NCBI GenBank assembly: GCA_964479825.1 | Contig: CAYZNX010000001.1 | Location: forward strand, 1 to 43,253 | Reading direction: 5' to 3' | From: an uncultured Planctomycetia bacterium | GTDB lineage: Bacteria; Omnitrophota; Gorgyraeia; Gorgyraeales; Gorgyraeaceae | Length of the DNA: 43,253 bases | Part shown: piece after piece, positions 26,088-34,720 of the stretch | Layout of the letters: each line of letters starts with the position of its first letter | Position numbering within the stretch: the stretch's first letter is position 1 | Made by a program: the position numbers and the translations under genes | The notes under the pieces: model-generated | Database searches by the model: none | Seen by the model: the letters and a program-made list of their open reading frames with translations, nothing else | What the model was told of the DNA's origin: nothing

Positions 26088-28118
26088 ATGTTTAACATAA
26101 GATTAAAAGAGAGTTATATTTTCATACCCATGTTAATTGCCTATATCGCCTTAGGCATATTTTATCCCTTTCTTAAAATGGACATAGTGAAATTTCTTCT
26201 ATTCCAGATATTATTTTTACTATTACCGGGTTATGTATTTTCAAAGTGGTTTATATCCCAAGACCTATCCAAGATTCAAAGGTGTATATTTTGTTATCCA
26301 GTGAGTATGATACTGATATTTATACTAAGTTGGACAGGAAACCTTTTAAATATAAAATATCTAGAAAGCCTGATACTTTTATTCTCCACGATGTCAATTT
26401 ATAAGATAATAAGGGAAGATAGCAGAGAAACGCAGAAATGTGCAAATCTTCCCATCGCATTAAGCATATTTTTGTATAGTATTTGTATAATCATTGTCTT
26501 TAGGATGTTTATCCTGCCCTGCTCTCCCCCAAGCCCGGAGTATCAAGGGCTGTATTATCAAGATACATTATGGACCGTTGGCAATACATGGGCGTATATC
26601 AGGGGCTTTCCTTTAGAAGATCCAAAATTTTCTGGCGTATTATTTGGCTACCACATGCTGCAGAATATTTACCACGCAACCGTATATAAATTTACAGGAA
26701 TAGACCCTTTTTATACCCTTTTCTCCATTGGCCGGATATTTTACTGGTTTATTACGGTGTTTCTTGTTTTTTATGGGGGACTAAAAATAGCAAGATTCTC
26801 GCTAAGAAAAGTTATAATACTTTGCCTGGGTTTATTTTTTACCAGCGCATTTTTTGCCGGTGAGGCACAGAATACTCTTTTTACAAATCCTATTTCGTGG
26901 TCTTTCGGCTTGCCGGTTTTAATTTTATTCATTTTCTATATCAATTCATACCTGGATAAAGAGAGAGAATTGGATATCATTTATCTGGCCATACTTTTTA
27001 CCTATTTTACGGCAACAAAGGCTATTTTAGGAATAATAGTCCCAATTGTCTTAATAGCGGTGTTTATATTAAGAAAGAGTTTTTTTCGTAAACGTAAAGA
27101 GATATTGTTTCTTTTCAGTTTATTTTTAGGAGCTATTCTATTAAAAATCACAATATTTCAAAATGCAATACATGAATTATATTACGACTATGATACTTCA
27201 AAATCTTTGGCTTACTCTATATTCACGCACATGTACTTTATAAGAAATTACGTAGACATAATATATCCAATTTACAGGTTTTTTAGCAGTTTTTTTAGAT
27301 ACTTACCCAGGTACCTTCTAAACTGGCCTGTATTGCTATTTCTCATTGTATTTTTTACAAATAATAAATTTAGAGAAAAGATAAAAGATATTAAAGGTTC
27401 TATTATGTTTATACTGGTTTTTTTTCTGGTCGCTATATCAATAGGTTGTATATTGTTTTTTCCAGGCGCTCGAATATATAATATCTGGTATACTCAGATT
27501 GTTTTTTTGTTTTTGGGAGTATTTGCCTTGGATTATATATTAAGCATAAATGATTTAGGATACAAGATTATTTCAATTTTATTTTTGGTTTTAAGTATGA
27601 CAGTCTATACCCTGAGTTTTGCTCTTGGCGTTGAGACCGGATATGGAAAATTGCCAAGCGTCAAAGGGAGGATATGGGACCCAAGGGCTTCTATAAGTTA
27701 TGATGAGTGGCTGGCAATGGATTGGTTAAAGAAAAATACTGGCTCTGATCAAATATTTTTTAGCGACAGAAGATATTTTAGTCCCCCTGGTTCTGAAATT
27801 GACCTTCCAAGGTTTTATGGGTATACTGCGCTGAGCGGGAGACAGGCCTTTGCAGAAGGAGAGGGAGGAAATGACCCCAATAAGATTCCATCAAAGAGAT
27901 TAAAATCCATCGTTCTGGGGCGATGGGAACTAATAAATAGATTTTTGTCTTCGATGGACCCATCAGAACAGGAGGATTTATTAAAAAAAATCCGAGCCGA
28001 CTATTTTGTTCAAAGTTTACGGTTTAATAAAAAAGACTTCTCAAGGGTAGCCGATCTGAACCTGGTTTATGAAAATAAGGATATAAAGATCTTTCAAGTG
28101 TTCAAGGCTAAGCCTTGA
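26088..28118 (+). CDS. Large polytopic membrane protein with a C-terminal soluble domain. Candidates are a GT-C-type glycosyltransferase, a polymerase or an oligosaccharyltransferase.
   Basis: It is 676 aa. More than 12 hydrophobic segments fill the first 520 aa or so, followed by a hydrophilic tail of about 150 aa. I can name no family motif with confidence. Confidence 0.4.
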   Translation: MFNIRLKESYIFIPMLIAYIALGIFYPFLKMDIVKFLLFQILFLLLPGYVFSKWFISQDLSKIQRCIFCYPVSMILIFILSWTGNLLNIKYLESLILLFSTMSIYKIIREDSRETQKCANLPIALSIFLYSICIIIVFRMFILPCSPPSPEYQGLYYQDTLWTVGNTWAYIRGFPLEDPKFSGVLFGYHMLQNIYHATVYKFTGIDPFYTLFSIGRIFYWFITVFLVFYGGLKIARFSLRKVIILCLGLFFTSAFFAGEAQNTLFTNPISWSFGLPVLILFIFYINSYLDKERELDIIYLAILFTYFTATKAILGIIVPIVLIAVFILRKSFFRKRKEILFLFSLFLGAILLKITIFQNAIHELYYDYDTSKSLAYSIFTHMYFIRNYVDIIYPIYRFFSSFFRYLPRYLLNWPVLLFLIVFFTNNKFREKIKDIKGSIMFILVFFLVAISIGCILFFPGARIYNIWYTQIVFLFLGVFALDYILSINDLGYKIISILFLVLSMTVYTLSFALGVETGYGKLPSVKGRIWDPRASISYDEWLAMDWLKKNTGSDQIFFSDRRYFSPPGSEIDLPRFYGYTALSGRQAFAEGEGGNDPNKIPSKRLKSIVLGRWELINRFLSSMDPSEQEDLLKKIRADYFVQSLRFNKKDFSRVADLNLVYENKDIKIFQVFKAKP

Positions 28119-28122
28119 ACAC
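28098..28122 (+). other. Perfect 11-bp-stem hairpin spanning the stop codon of the membrane-protein gene
   Basis: gtgttcaaggc (28098-28108), loop taa, gccttgaacac (28112-28122). No downstream T tract. The AAGGAGG RBS of rfbF follows within about 6 nt. Confidence 0.5.
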
Positions 28123-28140
28123 TACGCTAAGGAGGAAAAG

Positions 28141-28938
28141 ATGTCTAAGATAAAAGTTGTAATATTATGCGGAGGACAGGGCACAAGGATTAGAGATGTG
28201 TCTGAGGTTTTGCCAAAACCTATGTTAAGTATAGGTAATAGGCCTATTCTTTGGCATATAATGAAGATATATGCACATTATGGTCTGAAGGATTTTATCC
28301 TATGTCTCGGCTATAAAGGTTGGGTTATAAAGGAGTTTTTTTTAAACTATTATGCCAAGGTTTCAGATATGACTATAAAGATTGGAGAGCAAAATTCAGT
28401 AAAATATCATAACGTGAACAATGAATCAGATTGGAATATAACCATGGTTGAAACCGGTGAAGATTCACAGACTGGAGCAAGGATATGGAATGTGCGAAAA
28501 TATCTGGAAGACTGCGATATCTTTAGCGTTACCTATGGTGATGGCGTTGCAGATATTGATATTGGTTCCTTGATAAAGCGTCACAAGGAATCAGGCCTTA
28601 TGGGCACTATAACCGGCGTTCACCCTTCTGGCAGGTTTGGTGAAATGGAGATATCTGGAAATACAATTTCTGAATTCAATGAGAAGCCTAATGTCAGCAT
28701 GGGTTTGATAAACGGCGGTTTTATGATGTTGAATAGAGACGTTATCGATAGGTATTTTAGAGCTGGTGAAGATTTGGTAATGGAAGGCGAGGTCTTACCC
28801 AAGATGGTAAAGGACAGACAACTCGGGGTTTATCAGCATAATGGTTTCTGGCAGTGTATCGACACGCAAAGAGAGTATGATCTTTTGAATCTAATGTGGT
28901 TTAGTGAAAAAGGAGCCCATTGGAAAGTATGGAAATAA
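28141..28938 (+). CDS. rfbF: Glucose-1-phosphate cytidylyltransferase
   Basis: VVILCGGQGTRIRDVSEVLPKPMLSIGNRPILWHIMKIYAHYGLKDFILCLGYKG is the RfbF signature, and the C-terminus has WQCIDTQREY. Confidence 0.85.
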   Translation: MSKIKVVILCGGQGTRIRDVSEVLPKPMLSIGNRPILWHIMKIYAHYGLKDFILCLGYKGWVIKEFFLNYYAKVSDMTIKIGEQNSVKYHNVNNESDWNITMVETGEDSQTGARIWNVRKYLEDCDIFSVTYGDGVADIDIGSLIKRHKESGLMGTITGVHPSGRFGEMEISGNTISEFNEKPNVSMGLINGGFMMLNRDVIDRYFRAGEDLVMEGEVLPKMVKDRQLGVYQHNGFWQCIDTQREYDLLNLMWFSEKGAHWKVWK

Positions 28939-29918
28939 AAAAACGAAATAATTACTGGCGCACTAAAAGAGTTTTAATAACCGGGCATGAAGGTTTTGTA
29001 GGAAGCTGGCTTGCAAAAGTTTTACTTGAGAAAGGCGCATATATTGTAGGCATAGATAAAGTAGAAAACAGGCGCCTATCTGTACTGGAAGGGTTGAGAG
29101 GCCGGATAACATGCATAAAAGGCAATATTTCTAATCTTAGATTAGTTAAGGCGCTCATTGATAAATATAAACCTCGGATTATTTTTCATTTGGCTGCAGA
29201 GGCAATAGTTGATAAAGCCAATAAAAACCCTCTTAGGACCTTCAGGTCAAATATAGAAGGGACATGGAATATATTAGAGGCTTCGAGAGATAAACAATTT
29301 ATAGAGGGTATTATAGTAGCTTCCAGCGATAAGGCCTATGGCAGCCATGAGAAGCTCCCATACAGAGAAGATGCTGCCTTAAAAGGAAACCATCCTTATG
29401 ATGTTTCAAAAAGCTGCACTGACCTGATATGCCATACTTACTGGAATACATATAAAGTGCCTGTATGCGTAACGCGCTGCGGCAACATCTATGGCCCGGG
29501 AGATTTTAATTTTTCCCGCGTAGTCCCGGATGCCATTCGCTGCGCTATTAACGATAAGCAGTTTATAATAAGAAGCGACGGGAGATTTACCCGCGATTAT
29601 GTATATGTAGAAGATATAGTTAATGGATATATTATGTTAGCCGAAAAACTAAAAAAATTAAAATTGCAAGGAGAGGCATTTAATTTTAGTGACGAAAACC
29701 CTGTCGCAGTGATTGATGTGGTGAAGAAGATCTATAGATTAATAGACAAGAAGCCGAATTATAAGATTTTAAATAAAGCGGAATATGAAATAAGGCATCA
29801 GTATTTGGATGCAACCAAGGTCAAAAGGTTTTTAAGCTGGAAATCAAAATATGATTTAGATAGTGGTTTGATGAAAACAATTAACTGGTATGGCAAATTT
29901 TTAAGGGGTTATAAGTAG
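28920..29918 (+). CDS. rfbG: CDP-glucose 4,6-dehydratase
   Basis: VLITGHEGFVGSWLAKVLLEKG, SSDKAYG and YDVSKSC (SDR catalytic Y-x3-K) are present. It is adjacent to rfbF. The start is either the TTG at 28920 or the ATG at 28929. Confidence 0.8.
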   Translation: MESMEIKKRNNYWRTKRVLITGHEGFVGSWLAKVLLEKGAYIVGIDKVENRRLSVLEGLRGRITCIKGNISNLRLVKALIDKYKPRIIFHLAAEAIVDKANKNPLRTFRSNIEGTWNILEASRDKQFIEGIIVASSDKAYGSHEKLPYREDAALKGNHPYDVSKSCTDLICHTYWNTYKVPVCVTRCGNIYGPGDFNFSRVVPDAIRCAINDKQFIIRSDGRFTRDYVYVEDIVNGYIMLAEKLKKLKLQGEAFNFSDENPVAVIDVVKKIYRLIDKKPNYKILNKAEYEIRHQYLDATKVKRFLSWKSKYDLDSGLMKTINWYGKFLRGYK

Positions 29919-29977
29919 AAAGAAAGTAACGATAATAATATCAACGAGTTATGTAAAATTTCTACAGGGGTTTTTAT

Positions 29978-30006
29978 TTGACAGGTGCGTCTATAATAGA
30001 TAGAAT
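29978..30006 (+). promoter_or_regulatory. Near-consensus sigma70-type promoter preceding the GC-richer block
   Basis: TTGACA at 29978-29983, a 17-nt spacer, TAGAAT at 30001-30006. The RBS GGAGGGA lies at 30048-30054 and the ATG at 30058. Confidence 0.5.
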
Positions 30007-30057
30007 ACAGTTTTCGGGAAGGTGTGGAAAAGTTAGCAAAATCAATGGAGGGAGATT

Positions 30058-30906
30058 ATGAAAATCTTTGTTACAGCTGAGATAGGGATCAATCATAATG
30101 GCCGTGTCGATATTGCCAAGCAATTGATTGATGTGGCCAAGGTTGCAGGAGCTGATGCCGTTAAGTTCCAAAAACGGACGGTCGCAAAGGTCTATTCAAA
30201 GGAAGAGTTGGATAAACCCCGGGAAAGCCCCTGGGGCACAACCAACAGGGAACAGAAATTGGGTTTGGAGTTTGGAAAGGCGGAATATGACGAAATAGAT
30301 AGGTACTGTAAAGAGAAGGGGATTGAATGGTATGCCTCTGCCTGGGATCTGGATAGCCAGGCGTTCCTGCGTCAGTATAATTTGAAATATAACAAGATAG
30401 CCTCTGCCATGATGACTGATTTGAAATTACTGCGCGAAGTGGCTTCAGAACACAAACATACTTTTATCTCCACGGGGATGTGTGACATGGTCATGATTGA
30501 TCGCGCTGTGGATATATTCAGGAAAGCAGATTGCCCCTTCGAGCTCATGCATTGCGTTTCCACGTATCCGACAAATGACGAAGATGCGAACTTAAATTGC
30601 ATACCTGTCTTGCGCGGCCGTTATCATTGTAATGTCGGTTATAGCGGACATGAGGGCGGGCTTGCGGTCTCCTATGCTGCTGCTGCATTGGGAATCACAT
30701 CGCTGGAGAGGCACATCACTCTTGACCGCGCCATGTACGGCTCTGATCAGGCAGTATCACTTGAACCGGCCCTTTTTGTCCAGTTGATTGGCGGAGTGAG
30801 GAAGATAGAAAAGGCTGTGGGGGACGGGATAAAGAAAATGCAGGAGAAAGAGGTGCCGATAGCCAGGAAGCTAAGATCTCACATTCAATTGGAGTCTCAT
30901 AAATAA
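30058..30906 (+). CDS. Short NeuB-family PEP-condensing synthase lacking the SAF domain
   Basis: TAEIGINHNGRVDIAKQLIDVAKVAGADAVKFQKRT and GYSGHEGG are present. At 282 aa it lacks the C-terminal SAF-like segment seen in 20658..21683. Confidence 0.7.
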   Translation: MKIFVTAEIGINHNGRVDIAKQLIDVAKVAGADAVKFQKRTVAKVYSKEELDKPRESPWGTTNREQKLGLEFGKAEYDEIDRYCKEKGIEWYASAWDLDSQAFLRQYNLKYNKIASAMMTDLKLLREVASEHKHTFISTGMCDMVMIDRAVDIFRKADCPFELMHCVSTYPTNDEDANLNCIPVLRGRYHCNVGYSGHEGGLAVSYAAAALGITSLERHITLDRAMYGSDQAVSLEPALFVQLIGGVRKIEKAVGDGIKKMQEKEVPIARKLRSHIQLESHK

Positions 30907-32678
30907 TGCTCAAGGTTTCTGATTATATAATGAATTTTCTTGTTTCGAAGGGGGTATCAAGGGTCTTTGTGTTGCCTGGCGGGGGCTCAATACACCTGGT
31001 AGATTCATTAGGGCGGTGCAAGAAACTGGGATACATATGTTTCTTTCACGAACAGGCATTGGCAGTTGCCGTTGAAGCGCATGGCCAGCATACGAATAGG
31101 CCTGGAGTAGGGCTGGTTACTTCCGGTCCAGGCAGTACGAACACAATTACCGCAGTTGCCGCAGCATACATTGACTCGACTCCATGCGTGTTCATTTCCG
31201 GACAGGCGAAGCGTTCTGATCTGAAGGGCGGTACCGGAGTGCGGCAGATGGGCTCGCAGGAGGTGGATATTGTTTCCATGGTGAAGTGTATCACGAAATA
31301 CGCAGTAACCATCCTGATTCCCGAAGATGTGCGGTTCCACCTCGAAAAGGCTTGGTATGAGGCCACCACGGGCCGCATGGGCCCGGTCTGGCTGGATATC
31401 CCCCTTGATGTACAAGGATCCTTGATAGACGAAACCATTCTGCAAGGTTATGTAACGCCCGAGCCCTGCAAACCGGATCTTCCGCTTGCACAGATAACCA
31501 CTGCGCTGGAACGCTCGAAACGACCATTGATTCTTATCGGTAATGGAGTAAAACTTTCCGGCGCCTCTGACATTGTTAGGGATTTTGCTGTTAAACATCA
31601 AATCCCAATGGTTCTCACATGGAAAACAGCTGACTTCCTTGGTTATGACCATCCTCTTAATTGCGGATTCCCCGGTATCCTGGGAAGCCGTTACGCAAAT
31701 TTTATTGTTCAGACCTGTGACATGCTCCTTGTTCTTGGCAGTCGGCTTGACCCGAGCCTGACCGCATTCAATAGCAAAGATTTTGGACGCAATGCGTTCA
31801 AAATCATGATTGACATTGACGTGGCAGAGATTAATAAAGTCAAGAATGTTGATATGAGGATTAGTGCCGACATCAGCAAAGCAATGACTGCAATAGCAGG
31901 AATGGCGATTAAGATGCCGGATCACTCAGAGTGGCTGGATCATTGCGAGCGGCTCAAAAAACGTTACCCTGCGATGTGCGGATGCACAGATTCATGTGAC
32001 GGGGTTGACCTGTACCTTTTTATTTTAGAGCTTTTCCAGCAGCTGCAGCCGACTGACATAATTGTACCTGAGAGTTCGGGCGCGGCAGGCGAGGTAACCT
32101 ATCAAGCCATGAAGGTTAAATTTGGTCAAAGCATCAAAAATGCGGCAGGCCTGGGCGCTATGGGATTCGGGTTGCCGTATGCGATCGGTTCATGTCTGGC
32201 GATGGAACGGCGCCGCACTATTCTTATCAACGGAGATGGCGCATTTCAGCTTAATATTCAGGAGCTTGAAACTGTTCGAAGACTGCAGCTGCCGATCAAG
32301 ATGTTCATCCTGGATAACGGCGGTTATATGAGCATAGCAAACACACAGCGCAGTATGTTTGATGGTTTCATTGTTGGCGCGGATGCTTCAAGCGGATTCA
32401 CGCTACCGGATACGTGTGCTATAGCAGAGGCCTATAAGCTGCGCAAAATGGAGATCTTGAGCAATGACGACGTGAGGGCCGGAATTAGAGATGTGTTGAC
32501 AGGCGATGAGCCTGTTCTGTGCCGTATTAATGTCAGGTCTGACCAGCCGATCGCTCCGAAAGTACGATCGATGAAGCTCGCTGATGGAGGAATGGTATCC
32601 AAACCGCTGGAGGATATGTGGCCGTATCTGCCGGCTGACGAACTGGCGGAGAATATGAGGATAAGCACGGATGATTAA
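30906..32678 (+). CDS. Thiamine-diphosphate enzyme of the acetolactate-synthase large-subunit family (YerE-like candidate)
   Basis: The N-terminal Pyr domain has VFVLPGGGSIHL...VTSGPGSTNT. The C-terminal PP domain has the ThDP motif ILINGDGAFQLNIQELET...LDNGGY. Confidence 0.8.
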   Translation: MLKVSDYIMNFLVSKGVSRVFVLPGGGSIHLVDSLGRCKKLGYICFFHEQALAVAVEAHGQHTNRPGVGLVTSGPGSTNTITAVAAAYIDSTPCVFISGQAKRSDLKGGTGVRQMGSQEVDIVSMVKCITKYAVTILIPEDVRFHLEKAWYEATTGRMGPVWLDIPLDVQGSLIDETILQGYVTPEPCKPDLPLAQITTALERSKRPLILIGNGVKLSGASDIVRDFAVKHQIPMVLTWKTADFLGYDHPLNCGFPGILGSRYANFIVQTCDMLLVLGSRLDPSLTAFNSKDFGRNAFKIMIDIDVAEINKVKNVDMRISADISKAMTAIAGMAIKMPDHSEWLDHCERLKKRYPAMCGCTDSCDGVDLYLFILELFQQLQPTDIIVPESSGAAGEVTYQAMKVKFGQSIKNAAGLGAMGFGLPYAIGSCLAMERRRTILINGDGAFQLNIQELETVRRLQLPIKMFILDNGGYMSIANTQRSMFDGFIVGADASSGFTLPDTCAIAEAYKLRKMEILSNDDVRAGIRDVLTGDEPVLCRINVRSDQPIAPKVRSMKLADGGMVSKPLEDMWPYLPADELAENMRISTDD

Positions 32679-33144
32679 GGTCGTTATTATGGATATTGAC
32701 GGGGTTTTGACAGACGGCAAGGTTACTATCGATTCGTCCGGAAATGAATTCAAGACCATAGACTATAGGGATGTCGATGCGGTCTTTGAAATGAAACGGC
32801 GCGGCATTAAGGTGGGAATCATCACAGGAGAATCCTCAGTCATCACCCTGGCTCTCAAGGAACGTTTTAAGCCGGATTTCTTTTACGACGGCTGTAAGGA
32901 CAAGGCCCTGGCCTTGAAAGAGATACGTGTTAAAACCGGAACGGCTCCTGAAGAGATCTGTTATGTCGGCGATGGCAAGTACGACATTGCGATAATGAAA
33001 CTGGTCCGGTTTGCGGCATGTCCCGCTAATGCCATTCCTGAAGTAAAGGCAGTTTCTAACATACATCTTAAAAGTTGCGGAGGCGACGGCTGCATATCAG
33101 AACTCCTGAAATGGATTGAGGAACAGAATAGTTATGAATCTTGA
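32671..33144 (+). CDS. HAD-superfamily KdsC/YrbI-type ulosonate-phosphate phosphatase
   Basis: IMDIDGVLTDGKV (DxDG motif I), IITGESS and YVGDGKYDIAIM are present. It is 157 aa. Confidence 0.75.
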   Translation: MIKVVIMDIDGVLTDGKVTIDSSGNEFKTIDYRDVDAVFEMKRRGIKVGIITGESSVITLALKERFKPDFFYDGCKDKALALKEIRVKTGTAPEEICYVGDGKYDIAIMKLVRFAACPANAIPEVKAVSNIHLKSCGGDGCISELLKWIEEQNSYES

Positions 33145-33643
33145 CGATGCAATCAATGTCCTGGCTGCGGAATGCAGGAATCCACATTTAGGACTTCCCG
33201 AGTCGGTATTTCTATTGCTCTCGCGTCTGACGCCACTAGTGAATGTCGATCTCTTGATCAAGGATGACATGGGCCGGACCCTTCTGACGTGGCGCGATGA
33301 CATCTACTATGGATCCGGTTGGCACATACCTGGCGGCATAGTCCGATTTAAAGAGACCATACACGAGCGCATTATAGCTGTGGCAAGGCTGGAACTGGAC
33401 TGTGAAGTTGTTTTTGAACCCTGCCCGGTGGCGACCAACGAGTATATTGCCCAAAAGCGATGCGAGCGAGGGCATTTTATTTCGTTTCTCTATCGCTGCA
33501 AACTGGCCACTGAGCCGCCGGAAAAGTTAAAATATCAGGAAGGGAACCCTCAGCCGGGTATGTACGCTTTCTTCCGACAGGCCCCGGAAAACCTTTTGAA
33601 TATCCATGATGTATACAGAAAATACATCAATAGCGAAGGATGA
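33134..33643 (+). CDS. Nudix-fold hydrolase resembling GDP-mannose mannosyl hydrolase (WcaH/Gmm-like)
   Basis: TPLVNVDLLIKDDMGRTLL...GWHIPGGIVRFKETIHERIIAVARLELDCEV parallels the WcaH pattern TPLVSLDFIV...[28 protein letters not shown], including R-L in place of the canonical Nudix R-E. Confidence 0.6.
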   Translation: MNLDDAINVLAAECRNPHLGLPESVFLLLSRLTPLVNVDLLIKDDMGRTLLTWRDDIYYGSGWHIPGGIVRFKETIHERIIAVARLELDCEVVFEPCPVATNEYIAQKRCERGHFISFLYRCKLATEPPEKLKYQEGNPQPGMYAFFRQAPENLLNIHDVYRKYINSEG

Positions 33644-33650
33644 GACGCAT

Positions 33651-34718
33651 ATGTCCGATTTAGAATTAAAGAACCATACTGAGCGCGTAAAACGTGAAAA
33701 ACTGAGAGAAGAAAAGCCTCTCGTCTACGAGAAGATCATCAAGCTTAGAGATATGCAAAGGCGCGAAGAGTGTACGTCCCGGATAGATATCGGATATAAC
33801 TATGCATGCAATCTCAAATGCAAACACTGTATGGCTGACACGTTTCAGAAGAAAGACAGGTCATTGACCCCTGCGGACTTGCGAAGCATAGCTGAACAGG
33901 CCGATGCCCTTGGCTGGTGCCAGTTCAATATTTCCGGCGGGGAACCCTTGATTTTGAAAAACTTTGACGAGGTGCTAAAGGCGCTCATGCCGGACAGGTT
34001 CCATATCGGAATAAGTACGAATGGTTACTTTCTGACGGAAGAGAAGGCGAGACATTTGAAATCAATAGGATTGGACAAGGTAATGATAAGTCTTGATAGT
34101 TATAATGAAGCCCTTCACGATGCGAACCGCGCCGATAACGGAGCGTACGTAAAGGCAATCAATGCGATCTGGAACGCAAAGAATGCCGGGCTCGATACGA
34201 TAATACAGCATGTGATAACACATCAGAATGCCAGAACAGAGGAAACAGTCAAGCTGGCAAAATTTGCCCAGGATAACGGTTTTTCTCTTGACCTGGTCAT
34301 TGCCAAGGCCCTTGGTGAATGGGAGGGGCGCCACGAAGTATTGATTGACGCTGAGGACGCGAAATTTCTTTATGAACTGCACAAGAAATATCCGGCAGCC
34401 AGGCGCGACGTCTTTCCTTCATACGGAATGTACGGAGGCTGCGGCGTGCTAAAGAGATGTTTTCATATCTCCCAATACGGCGACGTCTTCCCCTGCGTGT
34501 TTATGCACATAACCATCGGAAACATCTTTGAGGATTCACTGAAGACGATTGTTGACCGCGGAATGAAGATTCGGCATTTTCGGGATCATTCCTCGATCTG
34601 TCTCTCTGGAGAAGATAGATCTTTTATAAATAAATACATGTCGAGGTTTTACGGGAAGCCCCTGCCTGTTGACTACCGCGAGATATTTACAGATAAGGAC
34701 GATTTTGTCCAGGAGTGA
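33651..34718 (+). CDS. Radical SAM enzyme with a Cys-rich C-terminal region
   Basis: YACNLKCKHCMAD and SGGEPL are present. C-terminal cysteines occur in GGCGVLKRCFHISQYGDVFPCVFM. ATG at 33651. The ORF track starts at 33606, inside the upstream gene. Confidence 0.8.
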   Translation: MSDLELKNHTERVKREKLREEKPLVYEKIIKLRDMQRREECTSRIDIGYNYACNLKCKHCMADTFQKKDRSLTPADLRSIAEQADALGWCQFNISGGEPLILKNFDEVLKALMPDRFHIGISTNGYFLTEEKARHLKSIGLDKVMISLDSYNEALHDANRADNGAYVKAINAIWNAKNAGLDTIIQHVITHQNARTEETVKLAKFAQDNGFSLDLVIAKALGEWEGRHEVLIDAEDAKFLYELHKKYPAARRDVFPSYGMYGGCGVLKRCFHISQYGDVFPCVFMHITIGNIFEDSLKTIVDRGMKIRHFRDHSSICLSGEDRSFINKYMSRFYGKPLPVDYREIFTDKDDFVQE

Positions 34719-34720
34719 AA

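Noticed and set aside
29992-29997. A perfect TATAAT hexamer, considered as the -10 box of the 30-kb promoter.
   Set aside because: It lies only 8 nt after the TTGACA -35 box. The TAGAAT at 30001-30006 gives the canonical 17-nt spacing.
31008-31925. A 305-aa ORF on the minus strand, plus other long minus-strand or alternative-frame ORFs at 31046..31438, 32403..32759, 36738..37061 and 37311..37673.
   Set aside because: They lie opposite or out of frame to genes with unmistakable family motifs: the ThDP enzyme, radical SAM genes and the C-methyltransferase. They have low-complexity Arg/Ser/Pro-rich translations and appear only where GC content rises. These are classic shadow ORFs.
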